Positions 1 to 8,634 are shown, numbered from the stretch's first letter. The stretch is DNA of 32,000 bases from Methanosarcinales archaeon Met12 (GCA_002813105.2 CP017966.2:728312-760311), one strand, 5' to 3'. Program-made: numbers and translations. The notes: generated by a model not told the origin, from the sequence alone.

Positions 1-125
1 GGAAAGGCGTCGATGTCGTTAGAGTTATAAGAAGCTTTGATCCGTGCGTGGGATGTGCAGTTGCTGTCCATATGGGTAAGCGAATAGTTAAACACGAGTT
101 ACTTCCGTTCGCGGTACCGCTGTAA
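1..125 (+). CDS. [NiFe]-hydrogenase large subunit, C-terminal end (partial; gene continues upstream of the window)
   Basis: Frame 3 translates to KGVDVVRVIRSFDPCVGCAVAVHMGKRIVKHELLPFAVPL-stop (stop at 123-125). RSFDPCxxC is the conserved C-terminal Ni-ligand cysteine pair of [NiFe] large subunits. It is followed by a short tail of the kind removed by the maturation endopeptidase. The ORF is too short to appear in the ORF track. Confidence 0.55.
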   Translation, partial: KGVDVVRVIRSFDPCVGCAVAVHMGKRIVKHELLPFAVPL

Positions 126-590
126 CTCCTTCAAAATGAGTTCAACCGCCCTATGGACAGCGGTCTCAACCTCCTGGCTTAATACTTCACCCAGTGTAAC
201 TTCCACAACTTCGCAGCCAATAACGACAATCGTAGAAGGTAGAGTGCCAATTGCCTTAGCGAAGAGGAGGAGCTCTTCTAACTTGGCTTCATGAATACTG
301 AGGGGAAGTGAACTCCTCGCATCTTCAGGCTTTAGTTTTTCTATCTGTCCGGCCCCAATTTCTATTCGATAAATCGTCCCTGGTTTTCCTCCTTTCTTGA
401 CAGCATCAACAAAGATGACAAACTTATAGTCATCAAGGTCTGGTGCAAGTGTCACGCCACAGAGTCCAACATCTCTAACCTCGACGTCCTCGGGCAGGTC
501 CCTCGTCGTTAGCGCCTCGACGACCCTTGGACCGAAACCATCGTCTCCCATATACTTGTTCCCAATGCCTGCCACGAGGATTTTCTGCAT
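99..590 (-). CDS. hydrogenase maturation endopeptidase (HycI/HybD/FrhD family)
   Basis: 163 aa. KILVAGIGNKYMGDDGFGPRVV at the N-terminus, plus FVDAV and SIHEAK, match the GxGN..GDDG, Asp and His signature of this protease family. It lies next to a hydrogenase large-subunit 3' end. Confidence 0.9.
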   Translation of the reverse strand: MQKILVAGIGNKYMGDDGFGPRVVEALTTRDLPEDVEVRDVGLCGVTLAPDLDDYKFVIFVDAVKKGGKPGTIYRIEIGAGQIEKLKPEDARSSLPLSIHEAKLEELLLFAKAIGTLPSTIVVIGCEVVEVTLGEVLSQEVETAVHRAVELILKELQRYRERK

Positions 591-844
591 CTTTACTCCC
601 CCCTACAGATAAGTCTAAATCCCTACAAATCCCGTTGTTCCAGCAAAAAGTCAAACAACTTCCTATATATTTGTCATCAAGCTCGGGATTTTCATGTTTT
701 ACGTCAAAAAGGGCAAATTATCCGGCTTTTCTATTTCCTTCTTTTACCGGCACTGCGTCGACTCTCTCTCATCAGCTCATCATACCATTTTTCATGGTGA
801 TGTTTTACGTAATCAAGTGATACTTTTGTCGTCAACAGCGCCCT

Positions 845-1447
845 TCAAGTGACAGCAGTTACAGAGTCTATTATGTGAATTATGATAAGCGGTATCAGAA
901 GAACAGTTGCTATGCCGTGAAGCACGCTGGCCATAAAGATCACGTTGTGCGCATAGCCAAGCGGCGTTATGATGGCGAGGAGCTCGACCTTAAATAACTT
1001 TATGAAGCCAGTGACGATGACCATGGCAAATAGTATAACGAATGCGTAGGTCTGGAGTGCTAGGTCATACTCATCTCTCTTTAGGGGATACTTGGCCGAC
1101 ACCATGGCCAGAATATTTTTGATGCTGGGGCCCTCTCCGATGTAGTCTGCCTTCGGCGTAAATATCGAGTCCTGGTCCTTTAGCACACATATCATATGGT
1201 AGACTGCCGCGCCAACGATACCTGCTGCGCCAACATAGTGAAGGATTATCATTGTGGGATCATTCAAATATCCTGCAAATTTACCGGCAAGACCTGGAAT
1301 GAATCCATAGGCTCCCCCGGCAAAAAGTAGAAACAGTCCAGTGATCGTACATAAAAACGTGCCTATCGCGAGTATAAAATGCTGCCATGGAACCGCCATG
1401 CTGAATAATTTATATTGTTTTCCCTCAATACCTATCTTTGACGCCAT
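845..1447 (-). CDS. membrane di-haem cytochrome b (Ni/Fe-hydrogenase / formate dehydrogenase gamma b-type cytochrome family)
   Basis: 200 aa with four predicted TM helices carrying conserved His residues (WQH, ILHY, VYHM, VLHG, IIHI). It is the last gene of a minus-strand operon with two multihaem cytochromes c. Confidence 0.7.
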   Translation of the reverse strand: MASKIGIEGKQYKLFSMAVPWQHFILAIGTFLCTITGLFLLFAGGAYGFIPGLAGKFAGYLNDPTMIILHYVGAAGIVGAAVYHMICVLKDQDSIFTPKADYIGEGPSIKNILAMVSAKYPLKRDEYDLALQTYAFVILFAMVIVTGFIKLFKVELLAIITPLGYAHNVIFMASVLHGIATVLLIPLIIIHIIDSVTAVT

Positions 1448-1473
1448 TTAGTTTGATCACTTATGTAAACTTC

Positions 1474-1779
1474 TTACTTCCACTGCCAAGTATGGCACTC
1501 TGCACACCCTACTACGGTTTCTATGTGCAAGCTCATCCTGGTAGCGGTTACACCATGACAGATGGCACAGTCCTCAGGAGTTTCTTGATGAGCAATTGGG
1601 ATGTGGCATGCGGTGCAGTCGTCACCTACCGTCGCGTGACCGTCTATCATATCAAGATGGCATATGGTACAATCTCCGGTGTCGATTGGCACCACTCCTG
1701 CCATAGCGAATGGCAGATAGACCATAAGAACGGTCAAAAATGCTCCAATAACAATTGTTATGCTCGCTTTTTTTGACAC
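1474..1779 (-). CDS. tetrahaem c-type cytochrome with N-terminal signal/anchor
   Basis: 101 aa with a hydrophobic N-terminus and four CxxCH motifs (CTICH, CTACH, CAICH, CAECH). Confidence 0.85.
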   Translation of the reverse strand: MSKKASITIVIGAFLTVLMVYLPFAMAGVVPIDTGDCTICHLDMIDGHATVGDDCTACHIPIAHQETPEDCAICHGVTATRMSLHIETVVGCAECHTWQWK

Positions 1780-1814
1780 AGTCTTTCTTCCTCTCCCCCC
1801 ACTTTAGGTCATAT

Positions 1815-2639
1815 CTATATCCTCAAGTTATGACCACCAACGTGACATGTCAGGCAGTCCGTGAACACAGTGCCATGAGGTAGACCATGACATGCGGCAT
1901 CATTACAGGATAATGTGTGGTTCGGAGATGGTGGGTGTTCTGGGTGGCATGATACGCACGCAACTCTCGCGTGCCCCGCACCACGTGTCGCTATGATATC
2001 GGCCGGTTCAACATGACAAGATGCACACCACTTATCGGGTATGGGTAACACATATACGACGGGTATTTCATCGTGCCCGTGTGGATGACATCTCAGACAC
2101 TCTATATTTGTCAATCCGGGATAGTGTCCTGAAATAACAGAATGGCAGACCATACAGGCAAGCGTCGCTTCGGCTTCATGCTCCGGATGACAGGCCGAGC
2201 ACGCTACATAGTCGTGTTTAGATGGGTGTTGATATACCACTGCTGCGACATCGTAATGACATGCCGCACATGCCTCATCTGTCATCGCCTCCATGTTAAG
2301 TCGCAGTATGGCATGGGGATCGTAATGGCATAACGTGCAGTTCAAAAGCAGTGGGTCAACTCCATGGAAAACGTCATGACATGCGGCATCATCACAGGAT
2401 ATTGTGTGGTCTAAGGCCGGAGGATGTGCTGGATGACAGGCTGTACACCTCATTCTGCCATGAAAGCCCCCCTCAGCTTGGAGGGCATCATACTCTGCCC
2501 TATGGCAGAAACCACATTGTGCATCTGTGAATCCTACTACTGGCTCTGCTACTGGTGGCTCAAATTCTATGCATCCACTAATGCTTGCAAGAATAACAAT
2601 AATCGCCATCATTGAAATGAGTATGACTTTTGAAACCAT
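1815..2639 (-). CDS. multihaem c-type cytochrome (10 CxxCH + 2 CxxxxCH), probable lipoprotein
   Basis: 274 aa. The signal peptide ends in the lipobox-like LASISGC. Canonical motifs are CGFCH, CTACH, CTLCH, CAACH, CSACH, CMVCH, CLRCH, CASCH, CVSCH and CLTCH, with CDDAACH and CNDAACH in addition. Confidence 0.9.
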   Translation of the reverse strand: MVSKVILISMMAIIVILASISGCIEFEPPVAEPVVGFTDAQCGFCHRAEYDALQAEGGFHGRMRCTACHPAHPPALDHTISCDDAACHDVFHGVDPLLLNCTLCHYDPHAILRLNMEAMTDEACAACHYDVAAVVYQHPSKHDYVACSACHPEHEAEATLACMVCHSVISGHYPGLTNIECLRCHPHGHDEIPVVYVLPIPDKWCASCHVEPADIIATRGAGHARVACVSCHPEHPPSPNHTLSCNDAACHGLPHGTVFTDCLTCHVGGHNLRI

Positions 2640-2741
2640 TTAAATCACTTATATCCCCTTGTCCTTGCTATACATCCTAATTAGTTATATAATTTCACTT
2701 ATAAGTCTTTTTTGGTATGATATCATTATGCTCTTATTTTA

Positions 2742-3803
2742 CTATGGAATCTCAACAGCCTCCGAAACTCCTGCCTCTGCGAACGTAGTCATCTCTTTCA
2801 ATATCTTTGTGCTCGCCTCCACAATGCTTATTCCAAATGCGGCACCCGTCCCCTCCCCTAACCGCATGCGTAGATTGAGAAGGGGGCATAGACTCATTCT
2901 CTCCAACATGACTTTGTGACCGTTTTCTACTGAACAATGAGAGGCAATTATATACTGGTTGGCTAAAGGAGCGAGCTCTGTGGCGATGAGAGCACCAGCA
3001 GTAGAAATAAATCCGTCTATCACCACCGGTATCCTATGGGCTGCTGCACCCAAGACCACGCCAGCCAACCCACCAATCTCAAAACCCCCAACTTTTGCCA
3101 GGACATCTAATGGGTCATTTTTGTCTGGAGAGTTAATTTCAAGCGCCTTTTTAATTGCCCTTATCTTAGCCTCAAGTGCAGTGTCGTCAATTCCTGTGCC
3201 CCTGCCTGTAACTCTTTCAACTTTTTCCCCTGTGATGGCAGCCACGATTGCACTGGACGGAGTCGTGTTTCCAATGCCCATGTCCCCTGTTCCCACGATG
3301 TCCAGACCTCTTTTCAGTTCATCTTCAAAGACCTCTATCCCGGCTTCAATCGACCTCACCGCTTGTTCGCTACTCATAGCCGGACCCTTAGTCATGTTTT
3401 TCGTTCCATAATCTACTTTTTTATTCACTATATTTTGATGCTCCACCTCAGCAGCCACACCCATATCGACAACTACAACTCGAGCACCAACATGCCGGCC
3501 TAAAACGTTTATACCTGCTCCGCCCCTAATGAAATTATAAACCATCTGAGGAGTTACTTCCTGGGGAAACAGACTCACCCCCTCTTCTACAACTCCATGA
3601 TCGCCTGCCATCGTTATGATAACTTTATCGCGTATTTCTGGCATGGGATTTCCCGTAATGCCTGCCACTTTGATCGATAGGTCCTCCAGTATTCCCAGAC
3701 TTTCCTTGGGTTTGGTCAATATATCCTGCCTTTCCTTAGCAAGCTTCATTGCATTTTTATCCAGCAGTTCTATTTGAGCAATTATCTCTCTGATTTTCTG
3801 CAT
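2742..3803 (-). CDS. cobT: nicotinate-nucleotide--dimethylbenzimidazole phosphoribosyltransferase
   Basis: 353 aa. MAGDHGVVEEGVSLFPQEVTPQMVYNFIRGGAGINVL and GDMGIGNTTPSSA are typical CobT blocks. The gene sits in a corrinoid gene neighbourhood. Confidence 0.9.
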   Translation of the reverse strand: MQKIREIIAQIELLDKNAMKLAKERQDILTKPKESLGILEDLSIKVAGITGNPMPEIRDKVIITMAGDHGVVEEGVSLFPQEVTPQMVYNFIRGGAGINVLGRHVGARVVVVDMGVAAEVEHQNIVNKKVDYGTKNMTKGPAMSSEQAVRSIEAGIEVFEDELKRGLDIVGTGDMGIGNTTPSSAIVAAITGEKVERVTGRGTGIDDTALEAKIRAIKKALEINSPDKNDPLDVLAKVGGFEIGGLAGVVLGAAAHRIPVVIDGFISTAGALIATELAPLANQYIIASHCSVENGHKVMLERMSLCPLLNLRMRLGEGTGAAFGISIVEASTKILKEMTTFAEAGVSEAVEIP

Positions 3804-3804
3804 T

Positions 3805-4410
3805 CTACCTACGCTCCAACACAGTATATGCTGCGGCCCATGTTGCTCGCTCTGCCTCTTTTTCCGTCTCGCCAGTTCCGATGATCAGCACATCGCCTTT
3901 TTCCATTTTCATGTCCTCGCAGAGCACTCTCGTTCTTGCCTGCATGCGTCCATCTGCTGTGAACATGGGGATTCTTGGATCATCTTCGTCAAGTAGGATG
4001 GTAGTTGCGCCCATGGTGCCTGCTGATATCGCCGCATCTCTCTGCTCCATCCCAGATTTTATGAGCTTAGCAGCGTCTCTGATGAGAATGGCAGAATTCG
4101 CTTTTCCAATCGTTATGGTACCGGCTGCTATATGTGGCTTGTAAGAGACCTTCTTTTTGATATCCATCAGCATTTTATCTCCTCTTTTGGTCAACTGACA
4201 TCCTTTGGCAGATGCGCTCACCAGCCCCAGACCATACAGCTTCTCGATTAAGGTGCGCACCGTTCCCTCACCCAAGTCAAGCCGTTCCGCCAGCGCCCTT
4301 CTTCCTATCGGGCCATCACCGAGAATAAAGAATGCCATGATGACATGATATGCTGAATAGTTGGGCAATGGGCCCTTTTTTGGCTTATTTATGGCACCAA
4401 TCAACTCCAT
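3805..4410 (-). CDS. predicted winged-helix transcriptional regulator with uncharacterised C-terminal domain (DUF4443-like)
   Basis: 201 aa. The N-terminal GPIGRRALAERLDLGEGTVRTLIEKL is HTH-like. The gene is translationally coupled inside the transporter/cobT operon: it overlaps the ATPase gene by 10 nt and ends 1 nt before cobT. The family name is from memory. Confidence 0.55.
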   Translation of the reverse strand: MELIGAINKPKKGPLPNYSAYHVIMAFFILGDGPIGRRALAERLDLGEGTVRTLIEKLYGLGLVSASAKGCQLTKRGDKMLMDIKKKVSYKPHIAAGTITIGKANSAILIRDAAKLIKSGMEQRDAAISAGTMGATTILLDEDDPRIPMFTADGRMQARTRVLCEDMKMEKGDVLIIGTGETEKEAERATWAAAYTVLERR

Positions 4411-5666
4411 ATCTTTTCACCTTGTTTTTCAATAATCGATAACACCTCGCCCAGATTTCTAACGACTATCGCACCATTGTTTTTCAAGTCGATATAACAC
4501 TTCTCGGCATCCCCATCTGTGAAATCCCTCTGCTCGATTGGACCATCCTCGATGAGCACTAATGGTTTGCCCTTCGAGGCGATGCTTGCCGCCTCCATAT
4601 TTTTCAAGTTCCCATGTCCAAATGGTATGTTCGTTAATATCACTATATCGGCTTGGTCGATTAACTCAATATTGGCTTGGTGCGCTTCCTGCGTAATCGG
4701 GGAAAATGGGGCTTCGCTGATGGTGGGGATATTCAAATATCGAGCCGCTTCGTGGTCGGCATCAAGTACATTAATCACGCCGGCAGTGACCTGGTACCCA
4801 TGTTCAGTGAGGCAATGCATTAGTTGCGCTCCGCTCCCGCCTCCGCATATCAGGTGAATGGCCATTCTTTGTGATGCTGCTGCCGGTTTCTCGTCAGGCA
4901 GCGGAATGATGTAGAGCGAGTTCGTCACCGGATGCCGTTTCACCAGCACGCCGGTATGATATACTTTTTTGATGTTCTCGGCGGTCAGGACCGTCTCCGG
5001 CGGTCCAATGGAGACGACCTTTCCATGGTCAAGCAATGCAAGGATGTCGCAATACCGACTGGCAAGGTTGAGGTCATGAAAAACACTTATGGCAATTAGG
5101 CCTTCTGTTCGGGTCAATCGTTTTATTATATCCATTATCTCAATTTGATGATTGATATCAAGATGGGTGGTGGGCTCATCGAGCAATAGGATTCTCGGCT
5201 CCTGGGCAAGGGCTCTGGCGATTATGACTCGCTGCTTCTCTCCTCCACTTAACTCGGTGATGGGGCGCTCGGAAAGATACCATGTATTGGTCAGCTCCAT
5301 GGCTTTTCTGGCAATGGACATATCCCTTTCTCCTTCAAATTCAAATCTGCCCTGATGTGGTGTGCGTCCCATGAGCACTATCTCCAGTGCTGTAAAGGCA
5401 AAATTAATCACGTTATCCTGAGACACTACGGCAAGCCTTTTTGCTATCTCTTTGCTTGACAGAGCATAAATATCTGTGTGATTTAAAAGAACCGTTCCCA
5501 CTTTTGGCCTGAGGATTCTGCTGACACTTCTGAGCAAGGTCGATTTACCTGAGCCGTTTGGCCCTATCACGCCGATGAAATCGCCGCTGTCCGCTAAAAG
5601 GTCGATACTCTCCAGAACCTTAATGCTTCCATAGTAGCAATCGATATTGTCGATTTTTAATGGCAT
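4401..5666 (-). CDS. ABC transporter ATP-binding protein (FepC/BtuD type) fused to a ~160-aa uncharacterised C-terminal domain
   Basis: 421 aa with Walker A GPNGSGKST, signature LSGGEKQRV and Walker B LLLDEPTTHLD in the first ~255 aa. An extra alpha/beta-looking tail starts at MAIHLICGGGSGAQ. Confidence 0.9.
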   Translation of the reverse strand: MPLKIDNIDCYYGSIKVLESIDLLADSGDFIGVIGPNGSGKSTLLRSVSRILRPKVGTVLLNHTDIYALSSKEIAKRLAVVSQDNVINFAFTALEIVLMGRTPHQGRFEFEGERDMSIARKAMELTNTWYLSERPITELSGGEKQRVIIARALAQEPRILLLDEPTTHLDINHQIEIMDIIKRLTRTEGLIAISVFHDLNLASRYCDILALLDHGKVVSIGPPETVLTAENIKKVYHTGVLVKRHPVTNSLYIIPLPDEKPAAASQRMAIHLICGGGSGAQLMHCLTEHGYQVTAGVINVLDADHEAARYLNIPTISEAPFSPITQEAHQANIELIDQADIVILTNIPFGHGNLKNMEAASIASKGKPLVLIEDGPIEQRDFTDGDAEKCYIDLKNNGAIVVRNLGEVLSIIEKQGEKIWS

Positions 5667-5675
5667 GATTTCACC

Positions 5676-6761
5676 TTAGAACATCGTCCTCTTTCTGGTG
5701 CGCAGCAAGTAAACAAAGAAGGGGGCGCCAAAGAGTGCAGTTATTATTCCAACCGGCAGTTCTGCAGGCGCCATGATTGTGCGTGCTAACGTATCTGCCC
5801 ATGCTAAAAATATGGCGCCAACTAATGCAGATGCCGGAAGAAGAATGCGGTGGTCAGGACCTGTTAAGATTCTGACTATATGTGGGATGATTAAGCCAAC
5901 AAATCCAATAAGCCCGCTGAACGACACTGCTGCTGCAGTGATCAAAGAGGCAAAAATTAGCATGATTTTTTTGAAAGACTCCACACTTATGCCAAGATGC
6001 TGTGCAGGCTCTTCTCCCAGCAGCATCACATTCAAATCCTTTGCAAAAAAGTATACAATCACTATGCCTATGCAGATTAAAGGCGATATCAGTTTAACCT
6101 GCTCCCAATTGGCAGCCCAAAATCCACCCATCATCCAGAATATGATATGGTGTAGATCCTCACCGGCTAAAAATATCATAAATGATGTGATAGCAGATAA
6201 GAACGCACCCACAGCTATTCCAGAAAGCAATAACGTTTCTACCGGCACTTTTCCTCCAACCCTGGCGATATTGTAAACTACAAAGGCTGCGGTAGTGGCT
6301 CCAAGAAATGCCATAATTGGAATTGTATATCCGCCAAATATAACAATTCCGAGCACTATCGTCGCAGATACTGCTGCTGCTGCGCCAGAGGATATCCCGA
6401 TTATAAATGGGTCTGCCATCGGATTTTTAAACAACCCCTGCATCATCGTGCCTGCAGCTGCAAGTGCTGCACCCACAAGCACTGCCAGCAATATCCTTGG
6501 CAGACGAATATGAAGGATTATGCTCTCATGGGTGGGATTGACGAGAATCTGTGGGGGAGCAATCAGGCCGTTTATTAGAGGCATTTTGCCAAGTAGCAGA
6601 TATATTTCATTGAGGAGCGCATTAAGGAGTATATTAAAAACGTCTGGAAGCGGTATCTTTACAGGCCCTATGGAAACGATTATGATAATGGTCAACACTA
6701 AGGCCATCATTAAGGCGAAGATGATTGATTTCCACCTGAGAGTTTTTTTGATATAATCCAT
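5676..6761 (-). CDS. FecCD-family ABC permease (BtuC/FepD type)
   Basis: 361 aa, polytopic. RLPRILLAVLVGAALAAAGTMMQGLFKNPMADPFIIGISSGAA is the FecCD signature region. Confidence 0.9.
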   Translation of the reverse strand: MDYIKKTLRWKSIIFALMMALVLTIIIIVSIGPVKIPLPDVFNILLNALLNEIYLLLGKMPLINGLIAPPQILVNPTHESIILHIRLPRILLAVLVGAALAAAGTMMQGLFKNPMADPFIIGISSGAAAAVSATIVLGIVIFGGYTIPIMAFLGATTAAFVVYNIARVGGKVPVETLLLSGIAVGAFLSAITSFMIFLAGEDLHHIIFWMMGGFWAANWEQVKLISPLICIGIVIVYFFAKDLNVMLLGEEPAQHLGISVESFKKIMLIFASLITAAAVSFSGLIGFVGLIIPHIVRILTGPDHRILLPASALVGAIFLAWADTLARTIMAPAELPVGIITALFGAPFFVYLLRTRKRTMF

Positions 6762-6910
6762 TATATGACCTGTAGTGTAAACAAATAATTGATGATATCA
6801 TATATCTAATCATTCTCAACTGTTGCTATGTTTTTGTTTGAGCACTCTTTGTCTCCCTCCATTCTTCTTGCTAATCTTTTTTCAGTCCATGGTTACACAT
6901 ATACAAAGAT

Positions 6911-6927
6911 GGGGAGAGATTCTCCCC
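6911..6927 (-). terminator. intra-operon hairpin between the binding-protein and permease genes
   Basis: GGGGAGA-GAT-TCTCCCC is a perfect 7-bp stem. On the transcribed (minus) strand it is followed by ATCTTTG. It may act as an attenuator or RNA-stability element giving excess binding-protein mRNA. Confidence 0.3.
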
Positions 6928-6997
6928 CCTATTTGAGTTTTCCTGTTTTCACTCTCCCTTTCGTCTCAGTACAGTTCCAAATCAAAGATTTGAGAAG

Positions 6998-8596
6998 TCA
7001 GATCTTCGATCTGCGACACAGATATGCTACCGCAAGCAGTCCGAGGATTGCGAATATCGCTCCGAAGCCCGGAATCTCATACCATGGTTTAGGTTCGGGC
7101 TCTGGTGTTGGAGTTGGCACTGGTGTAGGCACTGGCGTGGGAGCAGGTGCAACACCACCAGCCAGCAGTCTCTTTACCGTGATTGTCTGCGTTACGCTAT
7201 TCCCGGTAAGATCGGTTGCCACGACCGTGAACGTGTTATATCCAATTGATAATGACACTCCCCTGCTATAAGAGCCATCTACTGCAGGGGTTATTGCCAC
7301 TCCATTTAGTGTAAGCGATTTAGGATCGGCATCCCTTACAGCCCCCGATATTACCGTTGATGTCGCAAATGTGGATGTTCCTGCTGAACTTGCGATAGTT
7401 GTGATTGGCGGTGTAGAACGGAATACGCTATAAAACTCCTCCAGCCCATATACAATTCTAGGCCCAGGCCGCTCGATGATATTTGGATCACCCATGGCAT
7501 GAATCCTGCCATCTCTATATGCAGTGGTCTGCTGGATGATCGTATTATTCATTAAATTGGCTTTGATGATTTCTGACCCCCCGCCCATTCCTGAAGTTAT
7601 TATGACCTCGGGGTCGCCTACGAGTATGTCCTCTAAGCTCATCATTGACCAGCCAGAGATGCCGGATGCGATGTTTACTCCCCCTGCTTGTTGAATTATG
7701 TCGTGGGGAAATGTTCCTGAACCTGCTACCCATATGCCTGGGTACCAAACCACGTGAAGGACGCGCAATCTTTGTGCCTCAGAGTAATGTGTTGTGTTAC
7801 TTGTTATGGTTTCGATTCTCTGCGTCATATTCGTGGTCAATGCGGTGGCGTTAGCCTTTTGTCTCGTTATGTCTCCGACCAGTTCTATGTGACCAAGTAT
7901 GTCAGAGATGTTTTTTGGGTGTAATGCCACCACGGTGAAATTATGCACTATTAACTTGTTAATCACATCTATGCGATTGCCATGAGCAGCCAGAATCAGA
8001 TCAGGCGTAAGATTGATGATTATTTCGGTAGAAGGTACGACGAAGCCACCAACCCTTGTTATGTTTCCTGCACTCACCCTTGCCCCCACCTCAAGGGGAT
8101 AATCACAGAAGTTTGTCACCCCGACAACCCTATTCCCAGCTCCAACCGCAAAAAGAATCTCAGTATTGCTTGGTGCAAGAGAGACTATCTTCAGCGGTTG
8201 TTGTGATATCCTCCAAGTTTTTCCGAGGTCATCCGTAATCACCAGTTCTACGGTGACGTTCCAGGTAACCATCGGTGTTGTTCCGTTTGCGTTGGTGCCA
8301 GAAACATTGACGTTATACATTCCATACGATAGAAATGTGTAATTAAAAGTGCTTGCGTTATTATCCTGATCAACGCTGTTCACTGTCCAATTCCACGTCG
8401 TGATCGTCTCGTTGGCAGTGGCGTTGAACATAACCGTTGTCCCTGTGGAAACTGTTATATTCGTTGAATTATCATTCGTAAAATCGTTACCCCATGATGT
8501 TATCACAGGACTTGCACTTACCAAACCGACACTACATATGAGCAATATACCCGCAATGAGAAGTATCGCAATCTTTCGAGCCATTTTTATAGACAT
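6998..8596 (-). CDS. surface-anchored periplasmic-binding-protein type 2 (BtuF/FepB-like) substrate-binding protein with PKD-like N-domain, Ig-like C-domain, Pro/Thr linker and PGF-CTERM anchor
   Basis: 532 aa with signal peptide MARKIAILLIAGILLICSVGLVSA. KIVSLAPSNTEILFAVGAGNRVVGVTNFCDYP is the BtuF-type core. The C-terminus reads APAPTPVPTPVPTPTPEPEPKPWYEIPGFGAIFAILGLLAVAYLCRRSKI. AAGGAG lies 8 nt upstream of the ATG. Confidence 0.85.
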   Translation of the reverse strand: MSIKMARKIAILLIAGILLICSVGLVSASPVITSWGNDFTNDNSTNITVSTGTTVMFNATANETITTWNWTVNSVDQDNNASTFNYTFLSYGMYNVNVSGTNANGTTPMVTWNVTVELVITDDLGKTWRISQQPLKIVSLAPSNTEILFAVGAGNRVVGVTNFCDYPLEVGARVSAGNITRVGGFVVPSTEIIINLTPDLILAAHGNRIDVINKLIVHNFTVVALHPKNISDILGHIELVGDITRQKANATALTTNMTQRIETITSNTTHYSEAQRLRVLHVVWYPGIWVAGSGTFPHDIIQQAGGVNIASGISGWSMMSLEDILVGDPEVIITSGMGGGSEIIKANLMNNTIIQQTTAYRDGRIHAMGDPNIIERPGPRIVYGLEEFYSVFRSTPPITTIASSAGTSTFATSTVISGAVRDADPKSLTLNGVAITPAVDGSYSRGVSLSIGYNTFTVVATDLTGNSVTQTITVKRLLAGGVAPAPTPVPTPVPTPTPEPEPKPWYEIPGFGAIFAILGLLAVAYLCRRSKI

Positions 8597-8634
8597 TTGA
8601 TGTTCTCCTTATCTAGTTAACATATCCAGCAAGT

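Noticed and set aside
527-820. 97-aa plus-strand ORF in the gap between the protease and cytochrome b genes.
   Set aside because: It overlaps the protease start in antisense, has a low-complexity Ser/Phe/Leu-rich product and shows no signals. The gap more plausibly holds the protease promoter (AAATATATAGG on the minus strand near 663-676).
7085-7150. Short-period GC-rich DNA repeat (ggcactggtgt-like units).
   Set aside because: On the minus strand it encodes the APAPTPVPTPVPTPTPEPEPKP linker of the surface binding protein. It is a coding low-complexity linker, not an independent repeat element.
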